A stretch of 64,000 bases of DNA from Prorocentrum cordatum (GCA_963575745.1 CAUYUJ010000257.1:1-64000), one strand, 5' to 3'. Counted from the stretch's first letter, positions 41,194 through 52,300 are shown. The notes: a model not told the origin generated them from the letters alone. Made by a program: numbers and translations.

Positions 41194-42336
41194 CTAGGAA
41201 CGAGCCGCGCCTTTGGCTGGGGGGCCCGCTGGTGGCGGCGCCTTCCCGTCTGGGACAGCGGGGGGCGCCTTGGACGGTGCCCTGCTGATAGCCTCACGAG
41301 CCTGGGCACGGACAGAGGCGCCAGGCTTAGAAGGCGGGGCACCAGGGGCGACAGGCGGCGCTGGGGTGGCCTTGCTTCCAGCAGCAGAGGCCGACGCTCC
41401 CGATGCCTCAGAGGCGGCGGCGGCCGCAGCACCTCCTGCAGGTACACCCGCAGCAGCAGGTTCGGCATCCGTCTTCCGCTTCTTCTCGAGCCGCTTGGCC
41501 TGCTCCTGGTGGTTCTTCTTGAGCTCAACGCACTTCGACTGAACCTCCCCGAACAGGGCCGCCGTGAGACTCTTGATGCTCTCCGACAGCTGCTCCTTCC
41601 GAGACTGGGCTTCACGCAGATCTTCAGGAGTGACGTCCTGAAACTCCGCCAACCCGAACATGTCGCCATCGTCCAGCACGAGAGGGGACACCTTGCCATC
41701 CAGTATGTCCTGCAGGCGCAACACTGGGGCGGCTGGGCCCTCCTGTGGCTGCGACGGGTGGAGCGTGACCGACAGGTGCAACTCTGAGATGGCCGACTTG
41801 TATTCCTCATCGTAGCGCTCCAGCTCCTGCAGCGTGGCCTCCAGGTCTGCGCGCTGCTGAGCCAGCTTCCGCTCGAGGCCGTGGACGTGGTCCAGGTCGC
41901 GATCCAGCTTCTTCTCGAGCCTCTGGATCTCCTTGAAAGCCGCATCTGCCCGTTGCTGCGGGGGCAGAGGGGCTTGTTCCAACTGGGCCACCTTCTCTTG
42001 CGCCAAGGAGAGCAGGGAGGCGTCCCCCACCTTGGCGCTGAGCTCCACCAGCTGCTGCAACTCCGTCTTGGTCGCAGTCGGGACGGTGGCAGGCCGCACG
42101 GGTGGAGTCTTTCCCGACACTGCGTCTGCTGCAGCACGACGGACTTCAGCAGCAGCCGCTCCACGGGGAACTCCTCCTCCTCTGGCCTGCCCGTCTCCTG
42201 GCACGGTCTCAGTCCACTTCTTGCCGCAGTGCTTGCACCACAAGTAGTGACCCATGTTTTTGCGGCATCCGCAATACCCGCAAGTCCACTTCTTGGTTGC
42301 GTCGTAGCCGCTACGAGGCTTGCCACCAAAAGCCAT
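41194..42336 (-). CDS. LINE ORF1 (380 aa): N-terminal RanBP2-type C4 zinc finger, central coiled coil, Ala/Pro-rich tail
   Basis: ATG at 42336 (MAFGGKPRSGYDATKKWTCGYCGCRKNMGHYLWCKHCG) gives W-x-C-x2-C-x4-N-x6-C-x2-C. Heptad-rich segment (FKEIQRLEKKLDRDLDHVHGLERKLAQQRADLEATLQELERY). Uninterrupted to TAG at 41194. The track's longer N-terminus is microsatellite. Confidence 0.88.
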   Translation of the reverse strand: MAFGGKPRSGYDATKKWTCGYCGCRKNMGHYLWCKHCGKKWTETVPGDGQARGGGVPRGAAAAEVRRAAADAVSGKTPPVRPATVPTATKTELQQLVELSAKVGDASLLSLAQEKVAQLEQAPLPPQQRADAAFKEIQRLEKKLDRDLDHVHGLERKLAQQRADLEATLQELERYDEEYKSAISELHLSVTLHPSQPQEGPAAPVLRLQDILDGKVSPLVLDDGDMFGLAEFQDVTPEDLREAQSRKEQLSESIKSLTAALFGEVQSKCVELKKNHQEQAKRLEKKRKTDAEPAAAGVPAGGAAAAAASEASGASASAAGSKATPAPPVAPGAPPSKPGASVRAQAREAISRAPSKAPPAVPDGKAPPPAGPPAKGAARS

Positions 42337-42416
42337 CGCAGCGCCGCCGTGAGGAAAAGGGGGGTCCGAGCCACTCTGGCCCGCGAACACCCAGCCGTTC
42401 AGAAGATCGGTGATCG

Positions 42417-42449
42417 CATGCCCCAAAATGGATTGTGCCAGAACGGCTA
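42417..42449 (-). other. Two tandem relict dinoflagellate spliced-leader copies at the LINE 5' end
   Basis: Minus strand TAG-CCGTTCTGGCACAAT-CCATTTTGGGGCATG versus SL 3' unit CCATTTTGGCTCAAG: 11/15 and 12/15 identity, exact 15-nt register, preceded by TAG as in the SL. Confidence 0.75.
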
Positions 42450-43863
42450 GGAGGAGGAGGAGGAGGAGGAGGAGGAGGAGGAGGAGGAGGAGGAGGAGGA
42501 GGAGGAGGAGGAGGAGGAGGAGGAGGGAGGAGGAGGGGGAGGGGAGGGGGGGAGGGGGGAGGGAGGGAGGGAGGGAGGGAGGGAGGGAGGGAGGGAGGGA
42601 GGAGGAGGAGGAGGAGGGAGGAGGAGGAGGAGGAGGAGGAGGAGGAGAGGAGAGGAGGGAGGGGGGGGAGGGGAGGGGAGGGAGGGAGGGAGGGAGGAAG
42701 GGAGGGAGGGAGGAGGAGGAGGAGGAAATTGATGTGTCCTCCCTAAGCTGGTGCCCCCCCTCCCACACGCTGCGGCTCAGGCGTGCGCACCGCCCCCGTG
42801 CTGAATTGGCCAGGAAGGCGCGAAAACCGATCCCGAGAGGCTGTTCAGGACTGGCCCGACCCAGCTCGGCGCTGGCGTGCGCGCACCCCTGGCCTGGCAC
42901 CCGCCGATTTTTCCATCCGTGGCCCCAAGCATCGGAGGAGGGAAAGGTACCCGTACCACTACCCTTGGCCCCTTTTTTCCGCCCTCCTGGGAGGCCCTCG
43001 TCGCCACCGTTGGATTCGCCTCGAGGTGCTGGTCAGAACGCACCCCAGGAGAGGTCCGGGGAGTGGTGGTATCGGTACTTGTGGGTTGCTTCCCAAAGAA
43101 GCTCCTGACCGCTTCCCCAGGGGGGTCGTCTTCCGTGCCGAGCCCATGTGGTGTTTGATGGCCCCGAGGCCCGGAAACGGCCCCCCTCAGACATCCGGCG
43201 CTCCCATTATTTCGATGCGTGGGCCATTGGAGGTCTGGACAACTTCCCCAGGGCTGGTCTTTCGTCCCGGGTAGTTGGTTCACGCGATGAGGGCCCCCAG
43301 AGAGCCCGAAAGTGGGCCCAGACCTGCCACCCCGATTGTTTCGGAGCCTCTCTGGGCCGAATGCTGAGCTCGAGGAGAAGCGCCTGGATCGGAGAAATCA
43401 GATCGCCAGAGATGATGGGCAAGTCTTCCACCACCGCTGCCACATGAAGGACGGGGGAGAAGGGAGGATGAGGAGGTCCTACACTGCACCTTAGCGGGCG
43501 CATTGACGTTGACCCCCTCATGCGGATGTCCTGTCCTGTCCTGTCCTCCTCCTCCGTCCTCCTCCTGCTCCTCCTCCTCCTGCTCCTCCTCCTCCTCCTC
43601 CTCTTGCTCCTCCTCCTTCTCCTCCGTCCTTCTCCTCCTCCTCTTCCTCCTCCTCCTCCTCCTCCCTCCTCCCTCCTCCCTCCTCCCACCCTTCCTCCTC
43701 CTCCCTCCCTCCCTCCTCCTCCCTCCTCCTCCTCCTCACCTCCTCCTCCTCCTCCTCCTCCTCCTCCTCCTCCGCCCTCCTTCTCCTCCTCCTCCTCCTC
43801 CTTCTCCTCCCTCCTCCTCCTCCTCCTCCTCCTCCTCCTCCTCCTCCTCCTCCTCCTGCCGAG

Positions 43864-44002
43864 GGGCAGCGGTGGTGGAAGCTGGGCCCCGCAAGAGCTC
43901 CGGGACCGTCGGTCGGCCCGGGGAGGCGCCGCCGTGGAGGCCGAGCCGCGGCCGCGAGCGGCGCGGCCGCCGCCGAACCGCTCGGCCCTGCTGGCGGTGG
44001 AG
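43864..44002 (+). CDS. Exon of Cys-rich membrane protein gene (GSGGGSWAPQELRDRR...PPPNRSALLAVE)
   Basis: (CCT)n + ccgag|G acceptor, GAG|gc donor, GAGGCC repeat shared with the next acceptor at 51878. Confidence 0.55.
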
Positions 44003-44042
44003 GCCTCGGCGTCAAGCAGTGGCGAAGCGTCCTGGCTCGCCA

Positions 44043-44207
44043 ATAGGCCTACCAAACAATGTTCTAAGAACCGTTTGTGGTTTCCACGAAATGTTTTTAT
44101 TCTGGCTGGGTCTGTTTTGTTTTAGCACATCGGGCTTAGGTTGTAAGAACATTGTTTTTGTTCTTAGAACATTTTTGGGTTCTGAGAACATGTCGTGGTA
44201 GGCCTAT
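44043..44207. mobile_element. MITE-like element with about 30-bp TIRs
   Basis: ataggcctaccaaacaatgttctaagaacc ... ggttctgagaacatgtcgtggtaggcctat; AT-rich interior. Confidence 0.65.
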
Positions 44208-45604
44208 AGGAATGCCGGGACGGTCGGTCCCTGCTCAACGGCGGCCGTGGCTCTCCCGCCAGGTCGGCACCACCCGAGCACACGTAACAGGGCTCGTTTC
44301 GACTCCTCCGATCCTCAGAGGAGGAATAGGTACCCGTACCTTTACCCCCCCGCCCGTTTTCCCCTTTTTGGGCCTCCTGGGAGGCCCTCGTCGCCACTGA
44401 GTCGCCACCGCTGGGTTCGCTTCGTAATCCTGGTCAGAACGCACCCTGGGAGAGGTCGGGGGAGTAACAGTATCGGTGCCTTTTGGTCTCACCAGTTTCG
44501 ACTCCTCCGGTTCGATACGATTCGATCTCGATGGCTTCCGATTCCGATTCGATTCGACTTGGGATTCCGATATTTGGTTTTCGATTTCCTAACTGGACGC
44601 ATATACTAGCCTGCCGATTTCCGCCGATTCGACTTATCTCGGCTCGGCTGCCGATTTCCGCCGATCCGATTCATTTCGATCGCAGATCCGACTTATCGAT
44701 TCGATTCTGGGCTTTCTTGCCGCCCAAGCGCATGTAGATTATATTTATCGAAGAAGAAATCAGGGGCAGCAGCGTGGAATGGGGATTCCCCGCTGCAATG
44801 TCCCGGCGGAAAACCGCGGGTCACGCCCGGAGGCCGCGAGGAGGACATCCATTTTTACGCCCATATCCTCCTTGACGTCCACCACCTCATCCTCCCCCGT
44901 CCTCCGCAACAAGCACCTGCTCGTGCACCTTCTCGGGCGGCGCCACCCTGGCATCCCCCTCCCCCTCGTCCTCCTCCTCCTCCTGGCCATCCTGGTCTTC
45001 CTCCTCCTCCTCCTCCTCCTCGTCCTGCTGCTGCTCCTCCTCCTCCTCCTCCTCCTCCTCATCCTCGTCCTGTTGTTGCTCCTCCTCCTCCTCCTCCTCC
45101 TCCCTTACCTCCTTCTCGCCCCCCCCCACCCTCCTCCTCCACCTGCTCCTGCGCCAGATCATGAATAAGACGCGGCAGGCTGCGTGAATCAGACGGCGCC
45201 GATGCACCTACATCCGCGGGCAGCTTGCGCGTGGGTGAACGCGCAATCGATTCCCGCGGCATCGCCCCCCCAACTTCAAACTAGGCGGTGCAGCGGACCG
45301 CTCCTGTCAAAGCCTCCCCCCCCCTCGGAGCCGGTTAACCCGCTCATCCCGCTAGCAGACCGTGGAGGCCTTGAATAAGGAATCCAGTGTCTGGAGCCTT
45401 GTGAAGATCCATTTGCGTGGAACGGGGGGGGGGGGCAGAAGCTGTCCCCCCCCAATCATTGTGAGCTCTCTACCATCCCTCCGTCTCCTCTCCCTCCCTC
45501 CCTACTTCCTCCTCCTCCTCCTTCCCGCCTCCCTCCTCCCTCCCCCCTCCCTCCCACCCTTCCTCCGCCTCAGATCCCCTGGAGGCGAGGAGGGCGGCAG
45601 GTGA

Positions 45605-46230
45605 GCGGTGCGGTTGCGGTTGCGCGCCGCGGGCGGGTTGAAATGCGTCGCCCAGTTGGGGCTGCGGTTGCGCGCCCGCGGGCGGGTTGAAATGTGTTGC
45701 CCAGTTGCGCTTGCGCGCCCGCGGGCGGGTTGAAATGTGTCGCCCAGTTGCGGCTGCGGTTGCGCGCCCGCGGGCGGGGTGAAATGTGTCGCCCAGGTGC
45801 GGTTGCGGTCGCGCGCCCGCGGGCGGGTCGAAAAGGTGTCGCGTAGTTGTGGTTGCGCGCCCGCGGGCGGGTTGAAATGTGTCGCCCAGTTGAGGTTGCG
45901 GTTGCGCGCCCGCGGGCGGGTTGACATGTGTCGTCCAGGTGCGGTTGCGGTTGCGCGCCCGCGGGCGGGTTGAAATGTGTCGCCCAGTTGCGCTTGCGCG
46001 CCCGCGGGCGGGTCGAAATGCGCCGCGTGGTTGCGGTTGCGGTTGCGCGCCCGCGGGCAGGTTGAAATGTGTCGCCCACTTGCGGTTGCGGTTGCGCGCC
46101 CGCGGGCGGGTCGAAATGTGGCGCTCAGTTGCGGTTGCGGTTGCGCGCCCGCGGGCGGATTGGAATGCGTCGCCCAGTTGCGCTTGCGCGCCCGATTGCG
46201 GTTTGAAATGTGTCGCCAAATTGCGGTTGA
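45605..46230 (+). repeat. 42-48-bp GC-rich minisatellite (gcggttgcgcgcccgcgggcgggttgaaatgtgtcgcccagtt)n
   Basis: About 13 tandem copies; followed by a roughly 78-bp tandem repeat (46398-46605) and attgcaccac repeats (46620-46760). Confidence 0.95.
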
Positions 46231-47259
46231 GGCTGACAGCATTTTTGGCTTCAGGGTTTCAGGAATCGGCCATGTATGATAACACCGGCTGTGGGTCTGA
46301 GGTGGTCCAGCCCTGGCTCTTAGGTTCGAGGTCCTGGGTTCGGGAAGGTTCACCAAACGGTGCTTGAACTTGGGGTCTGGACGTTTTTTCAGAAGTACTG
46401 GGCCTGGGTGTCGGTCTGGTGGCTCCATGCTCGCCGTTGCCGCCCCGTCGCCGCCTCGTCGCCGCCCGTCGTCTGGGCCTGGGTGTCGGTTTGTCGGCGC
46501 TATGCTCGCCGTCGCTGCCCCGTCGCCGCCTCGTCGCCGCCCGTCGTGTGGGCCTGGGTGTCGGTCTGGCGGCTCCGTGGTCGCCGTCGCCGCCCCGTCG
46601 CCGCCTAGATAACACGACGTAAATGGCACCACATCGATTGCGTCGCATAGATTGCACCACGTTGATTGCACCACATAGTTTGCACACATAGGTTGCACAA
46701 TATTGATTGCACCACACAGATTGCACCACGTCGATTGCACCACATATATTGCGCACCACATAGGTTCTCCCCCCTAAGCGAGCAATCTAACTTCCCCCTC
46801 TGGAATTAACGGTGCCCCTTTTCGTGTTGCAATTTGCACATGATCTGCCCCATCGTCCATCCTTAATCTGAATTCACACCTTGCCAAGCAGACCGGTATC
46901 GCCCCCCCTCGTCATCTACAAAAAGGACTATGCGCGCACACTCGTTTATCAACTATCCGCAGTTGTTAATCGTCTTTTGCTGAACAATGGGGCGACGTGC
47001 ACAAACGCGCGTCGCCGGGCGCGCATGTCTAAATCATTCAAACACATGGTTTCGCAAGGGATTCAACATCGAGTGTCCCGGGAGCATCTATGAGCGCATG
47101 TTTTCGCGCCCGCGCTCTTGCGATCTATTAGAAACCATCTTTTTAAACATTCTCATAGCATATTTCCAAACGAATCTCTCGCGTGCGCATGTCGAAGTCG
47201 TTCGAACGCCCCTGCGCGCGTGTTGTCACAATAATCCTTTGCAGACAGTGGGACGACAT

Positions 47260-49030
47260 GCGCACGCGCGCGTCATCGCGCGCGCACGCCGACATCCTCC
47301 AAAAACCGTAGGTTTCGAAATCGAGTATCCAGAAAGCATTTTGCAACATATGTTTGCGTTGTCAGTTTTCCTACCAAAAAAACTGCGATCGAGCTTTGCG
47401 AATTCTTATGAGCATATTAAACATACAAACTATTGTTTTACATGTTCATTGACTTCTGCCAAGCGGGCCTCTCGCGCACTATGTCGAAATCATTATTCGA
47501 GCGGCCTTGCGCGCGTCCCGGGGGAACGCGATCTGAGTCAATAGTGCCATGCGGGACACTCTCTCGCGTCGGCCGCGCGCGCATGTTGAACTCGTTCCAA
47601 CAACATGTTTTTCATCACCGGCGCGAGGGCGACGTTATCGTCGTCGGCGCGATCAGCATCGGCGAAGTCATTGGCCTTGCCGTCGTCGTTGTCATCATCG
47701 TCACCAACATTGCTACTATCATCTTCGTGTCTACAGTTGTCGACGTTGCCCTGATACTGCGCCCACCCAAGTCGCCCACTCGCACTGCAGTGCCCGCTGG
47801 GAAGTGCCCATCGGTCAGCGCCACCGCGGCCGCGTCGGTCGCGCCACAGTAGCTGGCCGCTGCGCGTGCCAGCATGCGTGGGCTAGCGCGGCCGCAAACA
47901 TGCACCAGCCAACACCAAACACTCACCGCAATTGCCGCCGCAGGGGCTTATGCAAGCCAAGTTGTGGGTGGGTGGGTGGGATGATTGCGCGAGGAATGGA
48001 GTTGACATTTCCCTGGAGACAGAATTTGATTTTCCTTTCTAAAGAAAGAATAGGTTCTACCACCCTGCCCCCCAGACTGATCGATACCTTGGGAACCTAT
48101 GCAAAACCCGTAAGATTCTGACCCAATGCCCATCTTACTTGTGAGTTCATACTATCCCAGCCAGGCCGGTATCGGTCCCCCCCGCCAGCCTTTGCAAACA
48201 ATACTATGCGCGCGCATTCGCTTATAAAAAACATAGAGTGTTAAGAATTTCTTGCCAAACAGTGGGGCGAAGTGCACACGCGCGCGTGGTCGCGCGCGCG
48301 TGCCGAAATCCTTCAACAACCTTAGGTTTCGGAAGGATTTCAAAACCGAATATCCAAACAACATTTTCCAAACAAAAAGCACTGGGTTTCGCAACACGGA
48401 TTATCAACAAAAACGTGCGCGCGCGCGTTCTTTCGTTTTTGTTTTTGTTTTTGTTTTGTTTCTATATATATATATACACGTATATATTTAGAAAGACTTG
48501 TAATTCAACATTACCACAACATGCTGTCAAACGGGCTTCGCGCGCGCATGTCGAAACCCTTCGGGCGCCCTTTGCGCGCGTGCTGTGGGGTGGTACGATC
48601 CGTCTCAAACAATACCATGCGAGCCACTTTTCGCGTCTGCCGCAAGCGCATGTCGAATTCCTTCCAAAACCCTCATCACCCACTCGAGGACGCCGTTATC
48701 GTCGTCGGCGTGATTCGCATCGGCGCCGTCACTGGTTGCCCCGTCGGCGAAGTCAGCAGTGTCACCAGCATCGCTCCAGTCATCATTGTCTCTAGCGTTG
48801 TCGACGTTGCCATGATACCGCGCCCGCCCGAGTCGCCGACTCGCACTCACTTACCCGCGGGGATGTGCCCATCGGTCAGCGCCACCGCGTTCGCGTCGGT
48901 CGCGCCAAAGTAGCTTGCCGCTGCGTGCGCGAGCATGCGCGGGCTAGCGCGGCATTCATCGCAATGCATGGGCTTTGCAAACCCAGTTGCGGGTGGGTGG
49001 GTGGGATGGTTGCGCGAACAGCGGAGCTGA
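47260..49030 (+). repeat. Diverged tandem duplication of about 1 kb period
   Basis: 47630-47990 matches 48690-49020 (e.g. tgcccatcggtcagcgccaccgcg, tgggtgggtgggatg); 47270-47330 matches 48275-48350. Confidence 0.8.
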
Positions 49031-49735
49031 CAACTTCAAGTTCGGCAAGTGAATTGCACTTGTCGTCGTAGTCGCCGTCGTCGTCGTCGGCGTCGTTGAC
49101 GTCGTCGTCGTCGTCGTCGTCGTTGGTGTCGTCGTTGTCGTCGTCGAAGTCGTTGGAGACGTCGTCGGTGTCGTCATAGTCGGTGTCGGCGGCGCCGTCG
49201 TCGTCGTTGTCGCTGTCGCCGTCGTCGTCGTTGTCGCCGTCGTCGTCGTTGTCGCTGTCGTCGTCGGCGTCGGTGTCGTGGCCAAGGGTCATGTGGTACG
49301 TACCGTCACGGTCTTGTCTTAAGAGGTCTTGCGACCAAATTGCGGGTGGGAGGGAGGGATATTTGCACGAACAGCGGAGAGGACAGCTTCAAGACGGTCA
49401 AAGATTAATTGCACCTCATAGGCTGCACCATACATACATATATATATATATATATAGCACACCGTGGATGGCACAACGTATGCTGCACTGCGTACACCAC
49501 GTTTATTGCTACACCAATTTTGCACAATATCGATTGCACAACATGGACTGCACAACGTGGATTGAGCCATATGGCTTGGTTCACAGGGATTGCTCATTGG
49601 GTCCACAGTGGACACACCGTTTGGGGTCCACAATCGATTATTGCGAAGGCCTTACGGCCGGTGCCGCCGACCCTGAAGACGACGAATATGAAAACGAGGG
49701 TGAGGAGGAGCAGGAGGAGGAGGAGGAGGGGAGCA

Positions 49736-49766
<31 letters not shown>

Positions 49767-51878
49767 GAGGAGGAGGAGGAGGAGGAGGAGGAGAAGGAGA
49801 AGGAAAAGGAAAAGGAAAAGGAAAAGGAAAAGGAGGAGGAGGAGGAGGAGGAGGAGGAGGAGGAGGAGGAGGAGGGGGGTCCACAATCGATTATTTGCCT
49901 TTTGGCCTCCTGGGGCGGCTGTCGGGCCCCACGGACAGTCAAACACTTCTCCGGGATGAAGCGCTGTATTAAATGCACCCGGGGTCCGGGGACCGACCCT
50001 GAGCGCACTTGGTCTCGTCCCCCCCTCCTGGTCATGTTTTTTTTGGGTTTTATCCAGCTCAGATCCCCTGGCCGCCTCCAAACTATGTACGCGTCGGCCA
50101 CGCAAGGCCGACGCGCACGCTCGGAAATCTACGGGCATCAGCGCCGTGCCTGGCGTTGTTTGGCCGTACCGCTCGGGAGGCGATGTGCTGCAGGAGTTTT
50201 GTTCATACATGTTCGGGTCGGGCGCGCGTCTGCAACGGGGGCACGAAAAGTATTGGCATGTCCTTGTGCGTCCCGCCGGGGCCAAGTCGCGGCGGCGAGC
50301 CCAGGGGGGAAGCGAGAGTCGAGGTCTCCCAGGTGGGGTCGAAGCATATCCAGGAGGGGAAAGCACACACAGACACAACTGACCGCCGATCCCCAGGAAA
50401 ATATCAGAACGCATGGGAAGTGTGCGTGGGGAGACGAGAACCCAGAACGTCTCGAAAATTAGGGGGGGCATCCTGGGATCCGCGTCTCCTGCTCTGTGTG
50501 CCCCCCGGGCCCCTCTGATCCGAACGCAGCTGGGGTGGGCGGTCGGAGGGCCGCGCCGCGTCGCCGATGCACCGCCGACGCGGCTCGGCGTGGAGCCCGG
50601 CTTTCCTTCGAGGCCGGCGGCGCCGATGCCTCGCCGACGGTGCACTGGGGACCCTCACATGGGCTCATGTCGATTCCCCGCTTCGATTCGATTCGATCTC
50701 GGTGGCCTCCGATGCCGATTCGGTTCGGCTTGGGATTCCGATGTGGGTTCCGATTGGGGAGGCGTTCGCAGAAGGCGGCGGGGCTTCTCCGAAGCCCTCC
50801 GGCCTTTGAGAAGAGGTTTCTGTTTTTGGGGAAGGCTGATGACATTTCACAGAAGCGCGAGGTCTTCTGAGAGGCCCCGTTGTCTTCTGAGAAGACCCGC
50901 CCCCTCCCATTCCCCCCTGGGGACTCGCCGCCGCAAATGTGTTCCCCAGACAGGCCACGTCCTGGCAGAAACATTGACTGCGATTTTCCCCAACTCTTCG
51001 GCCTCTGGGGGCCCTTGCTGGGCCCCGGGACCGTCCAACGTCGGCTCGGGATGAAAAATTGACCCTGGGGAAAGGTGCGGGCCTTCCCGGGACCTCGTCT
51101 GGAACAAAGCAGGACGGTCGCGTGTCTGGGTCAAGCTCGGCCCCTGGACCCCTCCTGGGGGCCCGTCCTGCCTTGTTCCTCGACGCGGCTCTCGCCGCGG
51201 CGACGAGTAGCCTCCCGGGGGAGGCCCGGAGAGGACGAGCCAGCCCCCAGGGAGGGCCGCCGCTGTCCCGACTGGGCCCCTCCGGGCCCCCGACGGGTCG
51301 TTCCTTGACGGTCCCGAGGGCCTCCAGAGGCCGAGCATGGCGAAAGGCCTCCCGTCGTTTTTTTGTTGTTCTTTTCATTTCTCCATGTTCTTCACAGCGC
51401 GATGGGGGTCTGGGCCAACCCCTCCCTGGAAGAGGGCCCCTCCTGGTTCGTGGTTCCTTGTAGAGTAGGAGGAGGAGGAGGAGGAGGAGGGGAGGAGGAG
51501 GAGGAGGAGGAGGAGGAGGAGGAGGAGGAGGAGGAGGAGGAGGAGGGAGAGAAGGAGGAGGAGGGGGAGGAGAAGGAGGAGGAGGAGGGGAGGAGGGAGG
51601 AGGCGAGGAGGAGGAGGGAGGAGGACGGTGGGGAGGGACGGAGGAGGAGGAGGAGGGAGGAGGAGAGCGAGGGAGGAGAGGAGGGCTGAGGAGGAGGGAG
51701 GAGGAGGAGGAGGAGGAGGAGGGAAGTGAGGAGGAGGAGGAGGAGGAGGAGGAGGAGAGGAGGGAGGAGGGAGGAGGAGAGGAGGAGGAGGAGGAGGAGG
51801 AGGAGGAGGAGGGGAGGAGCAGGAGGCCCCTTCCGTCGTGTTTCTTCGCCGCGCGAGGGGGTTTGGGGCCTCCGAGAG

Positions 51879-52022
51879 GCCGGCCGGCTCGGCCCGCGGC
51901 GGCCGGGGCAGCTGGACAGCCTGTACCCGCGGGCGCGCCACGCGGCCTGCGGGGCGCCCCGCGCGGCCGACTCGGGCAGCCGCGCGGGGGAACGGTGCCC
52001 CGCGGCGTGCCCGCTGTACCAG
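51879..52022 (+). CDS. Exon of Cys-rich membrane protein gene (AGRLG...GERCPAACPLYQ)
   Basis: ag|G acceptor, CAG|gc donor, 48 codons with very high GC3, phase-0 join to 53945. Confidence 0.72.
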
Positions 52023-52112
52023 GCAGGGCCCATCTCGAGCCGATCGGTCCGACTCGGTGGCGGCGCCGGCCGGTCCGCTCCGATTCTCAGAGGAGGAAAG
52101 GTACCCATACCT

Positions 52113-52300
52113 TTAAGTCGGACCTGCCCCCCTACGGGGGGGGGTTCGACGAAAAATAAAAGATACCCCAACAATAACAAAAAAATGTCAAAAATAGTCT
52201 GGGGACTATTTTTTTAGTATTGTTTGACCTTTTTGTGGCATTTTGGGGGTATTTTTTATTTTTCGTCCTACCCCCCTGTAGGGGGACACGCCCGACATAA
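52113..52300. mobile_element. hAT-type MITE, same family, nested in another dispersed repeat
   Basis: TIRs ttaagtcggacctgcccccctacggg / cctgtagggggacacgcccgacataa; TSD ccatacct / ccatgcct (7/8). Confidence 0.78.

Larger units (their letters stand above)
36286..42449 (-). mobile_element. Near full-length non-LTR retrotransposon (LINE; ORF1 + APE-RT-CCHC-RNase H ORF2) inserted in a (TCC)n microsatellite
   Basis: Two-ORF layout with endonuclease, RT and RNase H motifs. The 3' end reads ...gcggtAAAAA|tcctcctcc (plus-strand ttttt at 36286-36290 next to GGA repeats at 36265-36285). The 5' end begins directly after a (CCT)n tract (plus-strand GGA tract 42450-42725). Confidence 0.95.

Noticed and set aside
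42340..42450. HDV-like ribozyme at the LINE 5' end
   Set aside because: A P1-like stem exists, but I could not place P3/L3 adjacent to it or a J4/2 catalytic C.
42337..42900. N-terminal 188 aa of the 568-aa track ORF 41194..42900
   Set aside because: Comes from the (CCT)n flank and 5' UTR; the credible start is ATG 42336.
44900..44950. Possible minus-strand micro-exon VAPPEKVHEQVLVAE
   Set aside because: Too short and isolated to support.
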